In this document: positions 11,544 through 21,257 of the stretch, piece after piece
Position numbering within the stretch: position 1 is the first letter of the stretch
Layout of the letters: every line of letters begins with the position of its first letter
IMG/VR virus record: IMGVR_UViG_2869965101_000004
DNA: 52,029 nucleotides
DNA from: a virus
Lineage: Duplodnaviria; Heunggongvirae; Uroviricota; Caudoviricetes
Reading direction: 5' to 3' (one strand)
The notes under the pieces: model-generated
What the model saw: only the letters and a program-made list of their open reading frames with translations
Told to the model about the DNA's origin: nothing
The model's database searches: none
Made by a program: the position numbers and the translations under genes

Positions 11544-12200
11544 TCAGAAAATATCCCACCTGGCATCAACTACAACACCTACTATTTCGCAATCATTGTC
11601 CATTTCTATGATTGGATATTGTGGATTAAGGGGCTTTAGAAACGCCTTTCCCATGTCAGAAATATATTTTTTGAATGTTGCTTCATTGGTGGATTTTTTT
11701 CTGGCGATGACGTAACACCCTGAAAAAACTTCTTTATCTGGGTTGACAAGGATCGACATTCCTTCAGGAAATGTTATTCCTACGGGCGAAGTCATTGAGT
11801 CTCCGTGCACTTCCAGCCAGAACCCCCTCTCACCAGCGTATTTTACAGAATGCCTCCAATTATCCTGATCATACATGTTGTAGTCATCACCAGAAGTTGC
11901 GAATAATCCTGCCTGAACCCAGTTAATTACAGGGTAAGAGTGTGCTGTGTCTCTCTGTGGGCAGCTCTTAACATTATTTTCCCAATGCTTATCTTTTTCA
12001 TCTCCGTTCTGAAGCCACAGCGGTGAACACCGCAGTGCAGCTGCAACTTTAAAAAGGGTGTCACCGTTGAAACTTTTTGTAAGGCCTTGCTCGGCTTTAC
12101 TGATTGCAACTCTGGTGATCCCAGCTTTTTTAGCCAACGCATCTTGTGTTAACCCAGCTTTTTGCCGTGCGTTGATGAGACGTTCACCTAAAGACTTCAT
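11544..12200 (-). CDS. CI-like prophage repressor (HTH plus S24 peptidase domain)
   Basis: N-terminal HTH (GLTQDALAKKAGITRVAISKAEQG) and C-terminal LexA/S24-like domain; probable start MKSLGERL at 12200 with upstream RBS. Confidence 0.8.
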   Translation of the reverse strand: MKSLGERLINARQKAGLTQDALAKKAGITRVAISKAEQGLTKSFNGDTLFKVAAALRCSPLWLQNGDEKDKHWENNVKSCPQRDTAHSYPVINWVQAGLFATSGDDYNMYDQDNWRHSVKYAGERGFWLEVHGDSMTSPVGITFPEGMSILVNPDKEVFSGCYVIARKKSTNEATFKKYISDMGKAFLKPLNPQYPIIEMDNDCEIVGVVVDARWDIF

Positions 12201-12311
12201 TTTTCTTCTCCTCTCATGGCTGTTGATACGAAAGTAACAGAATTTCTTGATACTTTGGAATCCCGCGGTTAACATCGTTGAATAACAAAGTATCTGGTGT
12301 GAGACTAAAGA
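12201..12311. promoter_or_regulatory. divergent immunity-region promoter/operator region (PRM/PR-like)
   Basis: Intergenic region between divergent repressor and rightward genes; palindromes CTGTT-n11-AACAG and GATACTTTG...CAAAGTATC. Confidence 0.4.
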
Positions 12312-12539
12312 ATGACCCTTTATGAAATATTAAAAATTCAATTTAAAACCAATGCCGCTATTGGTCGCAGGTTCCCAAAGAAAGGAAGGCCTCGTGGCAG
12401 TCAAGGTGTTGGAAAGTGGAAAACGCGAGGTGTTCCGGAGGATGTTGCCATTCTTTGTCATCTGGATCCGAGCATTCCATATACACACCCAAGGCTAGCG
12501 AATACAGAAGATGACAAGCCCACAGGAGACCAACAATGA
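12312..12539 (+). CDS. first rightward ORF, possible Cro-like regulator
   Basis: 75-aa ORF in the Cro position; HTH not clearly recognisable. Confidence 0.3.
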   Translation: MTLYEILKIQFKTNAAIGRRFPKKGRPRGSQGVGKWKTRGVPEDVAILCHLDPSIPYTHPRLANTEDDKPTGDQQ

Positions 12540-13243
12540 ACACCGCAATTTTTAACGGCAAAGCATCCATGACCAGCGTTGAGATCGCAGAGCTGGTGGG
12601 AAGCCGACCAGATAGTGTTAAGAGAACTATTGAAACACTGGCTAAAAAGGGAATCATCCAATTTCCACAGACTGTGGAAATTGAGAATAAACAATCACTT
12701 GGGCCTCGCCGATTTTCTAGCGCGTATGTATTCGAAGGTGAACGAGGTAAGCGCGACAGCATCATTGTCGTCGCACAGCTCTGTCCTGAATTCACAGCTC
12801 GCCTGGTAGATCGCTGGCGCGAACTGGAAGAACAGATCCGTAAGCCAATGAGCGAAATCGAAATGGTTGCCGCGATGGCTCTTGAAGCCGTTCGCCAACA
12901 GAAACGGATCACTCAGGTGGAAGAAAAAGTCAGCCACGTTGCTGAAACAGTCGAGCAAATTAAAAAGGGCACTATTCGTGAGGGCTATGCCGGATATCGC
13001 CAACTGAAAGCAAAAACCGGTTTGTCAGATGATAAATGCCGCAATCTGGTGAACGCCTATCAAATTCCTACAGACACCCATGAGTTCATGACGCCGGACA
13101 GATTGTTGTCACGTCGCGCAATTGTTGCTGTGGAACCGTTTATGGCTGCTTTTTATCGGGTTATGGAGGAAGCAGAACCGCGAGGGACTCGCTGGTATCA
13201 CCCGAAAATGGGGTTATTTCAGGTTATTGGTTGGCAGCGGTGA
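12536..13243 (+). CDS. phage regulatory protein (Rha/antirepressor-like N-terminus)
   Basis: N-terminal motif MTSVEIAELVGSRPDSVKRTIETL resembles the Rha/KilA-N type DNA-binding region. Confidence 0.45.
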   Translation: MNTAIFNGKASMTSVEIAELVGSRPDSVKRTIETLAKKGIIQFPQTVEIENKQSLGPRRFSSAYVFEGERGKRDSIIVVAQLCPEFTARLVDRWRELEEQIRKPMSEIEMVAAMALEAVRQQKRITQVEEKVSHVAETVEQIKKGTIREGYAGYRQLKAKTGLSDDKCRNLVNAYQIPTDTHEFMTPDRLLSRRAIVAVEPFMAAFYRVMEEAEPRGTRWYHPKMGLFQVIGWQR

Positions 13244-13648
13244 AAAAAAGCCGGGAGTAACCCGGCTCACTCAACATCAATAACGGGGAGCTGTTTCGCA
13301 TAAAACGGCTCCGAAACATCCAAGAACAGTTCTAAAGATATCAGCAGCTATATGATCATTTCAAGACCAAATATTGATTCTGCAATTTCGGGACGTTACA
13401 CTGTCTCCGCACCTTATAAAGCGGGTGCCGGGATTGGCGTCCTGAAATTCGCACATGCGCATAACCGCGCTTCAGCGGTTTTTTTGCGCACGTTTCCTCA
13501 CATCCAAATTATGGTGGGGCGTGCAGGGGCATCGAAAGATGCGCCGGGGTCATGTGCGACCGGTTACGCCAACCCTGTACGTCTCACCACCTCTGTGATT
13601 GGCGTCCCATGTGGTGAGTTTTCAAAATTCGCACATGAGGATGTCACT

Positions 13649-14200
13649 ATGGCAACCACCCCTACCCAAACTCACCCTAAAATTGATGTTATCCATGGGA
13701 AGGCTGTTACCTCTTCTTTGGCCGTTGCCGAATATTTCTGCAAGCAGCACAAAAACGTTATTCAAAAAATCCAGACGCTTGAGTGCTCTGTTGAATTCAC
13801 TGAGCTGAATTTTCAGCCCAGTGATTACACCGATTGCACAGGCCGCAAACTACCTTGCTATCAAATCACCCGCGATGGCTTCGCGTTCCTTGCTATGGGC
13901 TTTACTGGCAAACGTGCAGCCCGGTTCAAAGAGGCATACATCAACGCCTTTAACCAGATGGAGAAGAATTTATCTGGTGCTGACGCGGTTGATATGTCAG
14001 CTGTCGCACGAAACGCCAGAGGCGTATACCTGCATTTGCGTGAAATCCATCAAATCTGGACAAGCCAGCTTTATCCAATGCTTAAGGCCGTTGAATCTCC
14101 GCTGGCTAGCAAACTGTACGACCGTGTTGGTGATGCTGTTTTTGGCGCTGCACTTGTTGATTCCAGGCTGAATGGTTCTGACAAGGAGGTTCGCCCATGA
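13649..14200 (+). CDS. Rha-family phage regulatory protein
   Basis: Motif ...YQITRDGFAFLAMGFTGKRAARFKEAYINAFNQME characteristic of the phage pRha domain. Confidence 0.65.
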   Translation: MATTPTQTHPKIDVIHGKAVTSSLAVAEYFCKQHKNVIQKIQTLECSVEFTELNFQPSDYTDCTGRKLPCYQITRDGFAFLAMGFTGKRAARFKEAYINAFNQMEKNLSGADAVDMSAVARNARGVYLHLREIHQIWTSQLYPMLKAVESPLASKLYDRVGDAVFGAALVDSRLNGSDKEVRP

Positions 14201-14391
14201 TTAGTTACGAAATCATCATCTCCACTACGGAATACAGAAACGATGTATCAGTTCGCACGGATGTATCTGTCTGGCACCGTCGCTATAAATCCAGAAAAAC
14301 AGCGGAACTGAAAGCGGCAGAGATGTGTGAAACCATCTCAATGAAAGGTAGCCCGGTTAAATACGTAACTACGGTGGAGGTGCGTCCATGA
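14197..14391 (+). CDS. hypothetical protein
   Basis: 64-aa ORF, translationally coupled in the rightward operon. Confidence 0.3.
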   Translation: MISYEIIISTTEYRNDVSVRTDVSVWHRRYKSRKTAELKAAEMCETISMKGSPVKYVTTVEVRP

Positions 14392-14612
14392 TCCGCCACA
14401 TCGTTAATTCCCTGTATCACCGATACAACCGTTGCCCCCGTGTGGGGCAGTGGTTCGCCACCAGCAACGGTCACGTTCTGCGGGTTTGCCTAGTCAACGC
14501 TGAAAGCCAGAAAGTCGTGTGCGAACTACAGGGGCGTAGCTACACCATCAGTTACCCTCTGGCGGTATTTCTGTCTGGAAAAATGTTTAAGCGTCTGGGA
14601 GGTGTGGCGTGA
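14388..14612 (+). CDS. hypothetical protein
   Basis: 74-aa ORF, coupled. Confidence 0.3.
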   Translation: MIRHIVNSLYHRYNRCPRVGQWFATSNGHVLRVCLVNAESQKVVCELQGRSYTISYPLAVFLSGKMFKRLGGVA

Positions 14613-14908
14613 ACTGTTTTCAGTTTGTGTGCGGATGTGCTTTCGATAACCCGATTCAGCGCCTGATTATGTTGCGTGTTTTGATGTCGGGTTCTTCAGA
14701 CGGTGAAGGCGAGAGAGTTATTGATCATCAGGTGCTTGCTGATTTCTGCTGTTGTTCTAAGCAAGCGATATTCAGGGAAACCCTGGCACTGGAAAGAGCT
14801 GGTTATCTTCATATCCGAAAAATTGCAACGCTTACTATTGATGCAAAAGCCAGACTACAACCTGCGCGTGGCTACACAATTCTCATGCCGCGGAAGGAGG
14901 TTGTATGA
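14609..14908 (+). CDS. hypothetical protein
   Basis: 99-aa ORF, coupled to the replication initiator. Confidence 0.35.
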   Translation: MNCFQFVCGCAFDNPIQRLIMLRVLMSGSSDGEGERVIDHQVLADFCCCSKQAIFRETLALERAGYLHIRKIATLTIDAKARLQPARGYTILMPRKEVV

Positions 14909-15896
14909 GCCGTTACGCCCCCACACCGGAAGTTATGGCTATTGGTCAAATTAATATTTCCGGCAATGTTACACCTGCGAACTGGTGGAAATATATTCGA
15001 CTACCCAGTGGGCGTCCGGATGCGACGGCTATCGCTCTGCTTTCAGAGATCGTTTACTGGTACCGCCCGACAGAGGTCAGGGATGAGCACACCGGAGCGT
15101 TGCTGGGATATCGCAAGCGTTTTCAGGGCGACAAACTGCAAAGAAGCTACCAGGCGTTTGCTGAGCAGTTTGGTTTCGGGAAAAGGGAAACCGCAGATGC
15201 GCTGAAGCGTCTGCGCGATGCAGGGTTTATTACTCTGGATTTACGCACGGTGGAAATGCTCGATGGGGTGAAATGCAGCAATATTTTGTTTGTCGGGATC
15301 AACCCACAGGCAATTGCGGCCATCACCACACCTTCTTCTGTTTCGCCAGAAAGTAACAGCAATAATGCAATCAGCGATACAGCTATTACGTTAAAACGGA
15401 ACACCCCCGACGTCATAACGGAACAGGGGATACGCCGAATGTTGATACAAATACAGAGATTACTACAGAGATTACAACGGAGACTAAAAACACTATTGAT
15501 GCATCCGCTGACGCGTCTGCGCCAGCGCGTTCTGCCCGACAGGAATATTCACCGGAATTTGAACAGGCCTGGCAGGAATATCCCAAACGTGCTGGTGGCA
15601 ATTCCAAGTCAGCAGCCTTCAAAGCCTGGAAAGCCCGTATCAGGGAAGGAATAAAACCGGAGACCATGCTTGATGGCGTGAAGCGGTATGCCGCCTGGGT
15701 ACGTGCTACAGGAAATACCGGCACACAGTTCGTGAAGCAGGCTGCGACGTTCTTTGGACCCGATCGTCACTTCGAAGATTACTGGCAACAGCCAGCCGCT
15801 CACGGAGGTGGGCGACAGCGACAGGTTGATGTCCTGGCTGGCCTGGGAGCCATGTCTGACAAATTCGGTAAATCCAGTAACAAATTGACATTCTGA
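14905..15896 (+). pseudogene. phage replication initiator (O-like), frameshifted
   Basis: N-terminal part in frame 1 (14905..~15426), C-terminal part (..FEQAWQEYPKRAGGNSKSAAFKAWKARI..GPDRHFEDYW..) in another frame ending 15896; shift maps to a G4 run at 15426..15429. Confidence 0.55.
15453..15488 (+). repeat. three imperfect 12-bp iteron-like repeats inside the initiator gene (candidate ori)
   Basis: ACAGAGATTACT / ACAGAGATTACA / ACGGAGACTAAA, encoding TEIT-TEIT-TETK. Confidence 0.35.
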
Positions 15897-15897
15897 G

Positions 15898-16785
15898 GTG
15901 ACAGCGATGATGACGATTGACCAACGTGAGAAACAAACAAGACTACAGGCGCGAATGGATGAGTTACGGGCAGAGATTGCATTTGCTCAGAAGGGCGAAA
16001 AGCCATGGCCTTATCGTTCCTGCCTGATGCGTGAAGGTCGCGGATATTGCGAAAAACACGGTAAATATCGTACGCATATACTGGTGTGGAGCGATCGTAA
16101 TGGCGAGGACAGAGAAAAAATTTCATGCTGCCCTGACTGCTTGATCGCTGAGGCCAGTTATTTGACCATGGAACTGTCGTCCCTCAAGGCGGAAGAACTG
16201 ACTGATAACGCCGGAATTGCTCTGCGTTTTCGGGACTGCGAGTTTGATAATTATCTGGAGGTTAATCCTGACGCAGCCAGAAATCTTGCGGCCTGTCGCC
16301 GCTATGCGGAGAACTGGCCAGATATGCTGGAGAACGGTACCAGTCTTGTTATGACCGGCAGTTGCGGTACCGGGAAAAATCATCTGGCGGTATCAATGGC
16401 AAAACACATCATCCGTAACTATCTGGCCAGTGTGGAGATCACCGACGTGATGCGCCTTACCCGGGCTGTGAAAAACTGCTGGCGGAATGACAGTGAAAAA
16501 ACAGCGGATGACGTCATTGAGCATTATGCGTCACTGGATTTGCTGATTGTCGACGAAGTCGGCGTTCAGTTTGGCAGTGCGGCTGAAATGGCCATTTTGC
16601 AGGAAATTATCAATGCCCGGTATGAGGGTATTTTGCCAACTATCTTGATCAGCAATCTTTCACCGGAAGAATTGTGGGCGTTCATCAGTCCCCGGATTGC
16701 CGACAGGATCACCGATGGCGGGCGCAACTGGTTGTCGTTTAACTGGCCCAGCTACCGTTCTCGTATCGGAGGTGTTGCCGCATGA
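15898..16785 (+). CDS. DnaC-like helicase loader (IstB-type AAA+ ATPase)
   Basis: Walker A TGSCGTGKNHLA and Walker B LLIVDEVG. Confidence 0.8.
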   Translation: MTAMMTIDQREKQTRLQARMDELRAEIAFAQKGEKPWPYRSCLMREGRGYCEKHGKYRTHILVWSDRNGEDREKISCCPDCLIAEASYLTMELSSLKAEELTDNAGIALRFRDCEFDNYLEVNPDAARNLAACRRYAENWPDMLENGTSLVMTGSCGTGKNHLAVSMAKHIIRNYLASVEITDVMRLTRAVKNCWRNDSEKTADDVIEHYASLDLLIVDEVGVQFGSAAEMAILQEIINARYEGILPTILISNLSPEELWAFISPRIADRITDGGRNWLSFNWPSYRSRIGGVAA

Positions 16786-18183
16786 CCAGCCAGAACACCC
16801 CGGCATGGCGTAACGATGACCTGGAAGGCGCTGTCATCGGTGCGTTTTTTCTGCGTGGGGCCGATCCGGAAGTGATGGATATTCTGGCCACACTTCCGGC
16901 GGATGTATTTTTTGTGCGTCAGTACCGGGATATTTACGCGGGGATTTGCAGACAGGCTCGCATATCCGGCGTCATTGACCCCGTACTGCTGTGCAATGAG
17001 ATGCCGGAACTTGCCCCGGTGATTACCGACACCGGACGCAAAACCTGGGTGAAGTCTTCACTGGAGCACTATGTCGCAGCGTTGCGGCGCAATGCCGCAC
17101 TGCGCGATGCAGAAAAAACACTGACTGAAGCATTACAGAATTTACGTGATGCGTATACCTGTGAAGCAGCCGAGGATGCCCTGAAGGATGTGCAGAACAT
17201 GATGGCCTCACTGTCGACCGGAAAGGGCGTCATTCAGCCGGTTCACATTGATGATGTCCTTCTGGAAGTGGTCGACCGTGTTGAATGCCGCAATCAGGGA
17301 CTGGAGAAATCCAGGGCGCTGATGACCGGTATTGATGAACTGGACGCAAAAACGGGCGGTATGGAGCCCGGAGACCTGGTATTCATTGCCGCCCGTCCTT
17401 CGATGGGGAAAACCGAACTTGCGCTGGACATCATCGACAAGGTGACTGAGCAGGGGCATGGCGTGCTTCTGTTCACCATGGAGATGGCGAACATCCAGAT
17501 TGGTGAACGTATGGTGTCTGCTGCCGGTGGAATGCCGGTATCCCGTCTTAAGTCTGTTGCCCGTTTTGAAGATGAAGACTGGGCGCGTTTCTCGCAGGGC
17601 GTGGGACGAATGACGGGGCGTAATATCTGGATGGTGGACCAGGCAAACCTGACCCATTGATGAGATATGTGCAACCACGAAGCACCACCGGATGAAACAC
17701 CCGGAAACGGCGCTGGTGGTGGTCGATTACCTCGGCCTGATTAAAACCCGCAGTACGGGGCGTCACGACCTTGCGGTGGGGGAAATCTCAAAGGGACTTA
17801 AAAGCCTGGCAAAATCCGGCGGTTTTCCGCTGATTGCTCTGAGCCAGCTCTCCCGCGGCGTGGAATCCAGACCCAATAAACGCCCAATGAACTCGGACCT
17901 GAAAAACTCCGGGGAAATCGAGGCGGATGCCGACATCATTCTGATGCTTTACAGGGATGAGGTATACAACCCGGAAACTCAGGCCAGAGGCATAGCAGAA
18001 ATCAACATCACGAAACAGCGTAATGGCACGCTCGGGACCATTTACCGGCGTTTTCATAACGGACATTTTCTGCCTGTGGACCAGGAGAGTGCCCGGGTTC
18101 TTTCCACACCCATGACGCCGGGCAATCCGCGCAGATACAGCAATAACCGCATGTCGGGCAGTAAAACGGAGCGTTTATTTTGA
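16782..18183 (+). pseudogene. DnaB-like replicative helicase, frameshifted near 17650
   Basis: N-terminal ORF ends ...DQANLTH* at 17660; DnaB-like continuation [30 protein letters not shown]... is open in the next frame from 17653. Confidence 0.75.
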
Positions 18184-18437
18184 ACAACAGAACAATCACT
18201 GTTTCACCGGAACAACTTCGTCGGCAGGCGCAGGAGATGCTTCGTTGTGCTGAACAGATGGAAAAAACGAGCGTGGCAAAAGATACGCTCCGCAAGCAGC
18301 TTACTCCGGCGCTTCGTGATCTGCTGCAGGCAAAACACCGTACACAAAAGGCGGTGGATGAGCTGGTGGATTGCGTGGCGGAACTGGAAGGCCAGGTAAG
18401 CCAGTTTGAAACGCTGGTGAAGGAGTTTACTGCGTGA
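18180..18437 (+). CDS. hypothetical protein
   Basis: 85-aa ORF. Confidence 0.35.
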   Translation: MNNRTITVSPEQLRRQAQEMLRCAEQMEKTSVAKDTLRKQLTPALRDLLQAKHRTQKAVDELVDCVAELEGQVSQFETLVKEFTA

Positions 18438-18482
18438 TGGCTGAATTTTTTCTCCTGCGTTCATGCAATATCGTTCGCTGAG

Positions 18483-19478
18483 GTGACCGTGAGAGCATTG
18501 TTGACTCCTGAAATTGCCCCGCGAATGGGGATTGTATTGTTCAGGCCCGGTTCAGAGCTGATGCCCCTGTTTATGCAGGGGCGTGTCCTGCTGGAGCCTG
18601 AGCCGGAACGTTATTCATCTTTCGCCAGCGGTGCCGTTCCGGCAGCATCACAACCGCTGGCGGATGATCCTGCCGTTCGGGCCGTGTTCCGCCATGAGGC
18701 GGTGATCCGTCGTGCTGGTGGCGTGGAATGCCTTGAGAGCTGGTTACTTCGTGAAAAGGGCTGTCAGTGGCCTCATTCCGACTGGCACAGCGAGAACATG
18801 ACCACAATGCGGCACGCGCCAGGCGCAATCCGTCTGTGCTGGCACTGTGACAATCTTCTCCGTGACCAGTTCACGGAACGGCTGGAATCAATGGCAACGG
18901 ATAACTGTGCCCGCTGGGTGTTGTCTGTTGTGCGTCGGGATCTCGGTTTTGATGACAGTCACGTTGTGACAATGCCGGAACTGTGCTGGTGGCTGATTCG
19001 TAATGACCTGGCGGATGCCTTACCGGAAAGTGCAGCCCGTAAGGCACTGAGATTACCGAAGCCTGTTGTGCCGTCTGTCACCCGGGAAAGTGACCTTGTG
19101 CCTTCGGTTCCTGCCACCAGCATCATCCAGGATAAGGCGAAAAAGGTGCTGGCGCTGAAAGTGGATCCGGAGTCGCCGGAGTCTTTTATGTTACGCCCAA
19201 AACGTCGCCGCTGGGTTAACGAGAAATACACACGCTGGGTGAAGACACAGCCGTGTGCGTGTTGTGGTAAGCCAGCCGACGATCCCCATCACCTGATTGG
19301 TCATGGTCAGGGCTGAATGGGGACAAAATCTCACGATATTTTCACGCTACCGCTGTGTCGGGAGCATCACAACGAGCTTCATGCGGATCCTCTGGCGTTC
19401 GAAGAAAAGCATGGTTCTCAGGTTGATTTAATTTTTCGTTTTCTTGATCACGCCTTTGCAACTGGCGTGCTTGGGTAA
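18483..19478 (+). pseudogene. DUF968-like phage protein with HNH-like C-terminus, in-frame TGA at 19314..19316
   Basis: ...CACCGKPADDPHHLIGHGQG*MGTKSHDIFTLPLCREHHNELH... is one frame with the cysteine/histidine motif split by TGA. Confidence 0.5.
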
Positions 19479-19490
19479 AAGAGGTGACTG

Positions 19491-19865
19491 ATGCTCATAG
19501 ATTTGGTTTTACCTTACCCGCCGACGGTGAACACTTACTGGCGACGCCGTGGCAGCACATATTTTATCTCGGAGGAGGGAAAGCGTTATCGCCGGGCTGT
19601 GGCGCTTATTGTTCGCCAGCAGCGGCTGAAATTAAGCCTGTCCGGAAGGCTGGCGATAAAGGTGATTGCAGAGCCACCGGATAAGCGTCGTCGCGACCTG
19701 GACAATATCCTGAAAGCACCGCTGGATGCGCTGACGCATGCGGGAGTGTTAATGGACGATGAGCAGTTTGATGAAATCAATATCGTTCGTGGTCAGCCAG
19801 TATCTGGTGGACGTATGGGGGTGAAGATTTACCCCATAATGCATGAAGAGCAGGTCAAAAAATGA
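19491..19865 (+). CDS. rusA: RusA-family Holliday junction resolvase
   Basis: ...DKRRRDLDNILKAPLDALTHAGVLMDDEQ... RusA catalytic motif. Confidence 0.85.
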   Translation: MLIDLVLPYPPTVNTYWRRRGSTYFISEEGKRYRRAVALIVRQQRLKLSLSGRLAIKVIAEPPDKRRRDLDNILKAPLDALTHAGVLMDDEQFDEINIVRGQPVSGGRMGVKIYPIMHEEQVKK

Positions 19866-20683
19866 AACTGGAAGATTTACCGAAATACTACTCCCCAAAA
19901 TCCCCTAGCCTGACCGATGCATCGGCCTCAACGTCAAAAGATGCGCTGAGTATCACTGATGTGATGGCCGCGCAGGGCATGACACAGAATCGGGCTGAGA
20001 TGGGGTTTTCTGCGTTCCTGGGGAAAATGGGCATCAGTATGAATGACAGGGCGCGGGCAACAGAATTACTGGCAGATTATGCACTCAGTCGGTGCGATCG
20101 TGTGGCGGCGTTGAGAAAACTTCCGGCAGAAATAAAACCGGTAGTGATGCGCATTATGGCTTCGTATGCGTTTGAAGATTATGCCCGTAGCGCGGCGAGC
20201 AAAAAACAGTGCCCCTGCTGTCACGGAAAAAAATTTATTGAAAGCGAGGTTTTTACAAACAAGATCCAGTATCCGGATGGTAAGCCACCAGTGTGGGCAA
20301 AGTGCACAAAAGGCGTGTATCCGTCTTACTGGGAAGAATGGAAAAAAGTCAGGGAGGTGGTAAAAGTTGCCTGTCCGGAGTGTGGCGGAAAGGGTGAGGT
20401 TTCCACCGCCTGTAAGGATTGCCGTGGGCGTGGTGTCGCCATTCATCGTGAAGAGTCGGTAAAACGTGGTATGCCTGTTATCAGAGACTGCCAGCGTTGT
20501 GGTGGTCGTGGCTGTGAAAGACTACCATCAACGGAGGCATTTAATGCCATATGCAAAGTGACGAGTGCTATCACGCTTGATACGTGGAAAAAATCAGTGA
20601 AACGCTTTTACGATACGTTGGTGGTTCGGTTTGACATTGAAGAGGCATGGGCGGAGCGGCAGTTAAAGAGGGTAACGCGATAG
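19862..20683 (+). CDS. late-gene antiterminator Q-like protein
   Basis: Position upstream of the late promoter region; multiple CxxC zinc-finger motifs. Confidence 0.65.
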   Translation: MKLEDLPKYYSPKSPSLTDASASTSKDALSITDVMAAQGMTQNRAEMGFSAFLGKMGISMNDRARATELLADYALSRCDRVAALRKLPAEIKPVVMRIMASYAFEDYARSAASKKQCPCCHGKKFIESEVFTNKIQYPDGKPPVWAKCTKGVYPSYWEEWKKVREVVKVACPECGGKGEVSTACKDCRGRGVAIHREESVKRGMPVIRDCQRCGGRGCERLPSTEAFNAICKVTSAITLDTWKKSVKRFYDTLVVRFDIEEAWAERQLKRVTR

Positions 20684-20688
20684 TGTTG

Positions 20689-20735
20689 TTGATTTTTCCC
20701 GAATCTGTGGTAAATTTGCTCTAATGATGGGCGTT
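20689..20735 (+). promoter_or_regulatory. candidate late promoter (PR'-like) and Q-utilisation region
   Basis: TTGATT (20689) and TAAATT about 17 bp downstream, directly after Q. Confidence 0.3.
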
Positions 20736-20764
20736 TTATGCCTGACGTTAGAAGATTTTTTACA

Positions 20765-20789
20765 CCCCGCCGCCTGGCGGGTTTTTTAT
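20765..20789 (+). terminator. intrinsic terminator (tR'-like)
   Basis: CCCGCC-GCCT-GGCGGG hairpin followed by TTTTTT. Confidence 0.5.
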
Positions 20790-20909
20790 GACTGAAATCG
20801 CGTCAGTACAGTAAACGCGCTGGTGGCGGTGAATACCTGTCTTTCAGCTTGCTGGCTTTTTCGACAAGAGTTATTGGTGTGTCACGTTAACCGGAAAAGG
20901 GAAAAAGAC

Positions 20910-21107
20910 ATGCTAAAACAGCAGGATATGACAGAAACCGCCAGAGTGGTGTTTAATGAATTAAGCGTTACCGAACCGGCGACAGTCGGGGAGATAGCGC
21001 AGAATACTTACCTTTCACGCGAACGCTGCCAGTTAATACTGACCCAGCTGGTTATGGCGGGTCTGGCAGACTATCAGTTCGGTTGTTACAGACGCCTTCC
21101 GCAGTGA
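20910..21107 (+). CDS. hypothetical small protein
   Basis: 66-aa ORF from ATG 20910 with RBS. Confidence 0.3.
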   Translation: MLKQQDMTETARVVFNELSVTEPATVGEIAQNTYLSRERCQLILTQLVMAGLADYQFGCYRRLPQ

Positions 21108-21257
21108 AGGCTTTTTTATTTGTGGTAAATGGGCGGCTGGTGGGTGTTAGGGGCACCCACCAGCCATCTGCTCATGCGTTGGGTTCACAAGCAAACCTCA
21201 GGCCCACTGCTTTGCGCAAAAGCAGAATGAGCCTATCAGAGACAGGCTTAATGATCC

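Noticed and set aside
12358-12912. 184-aa minus-strand ORF
   Set aside because: Antisense to the Rha-like regulatory gene and the Cro-position ORF; no motif support.
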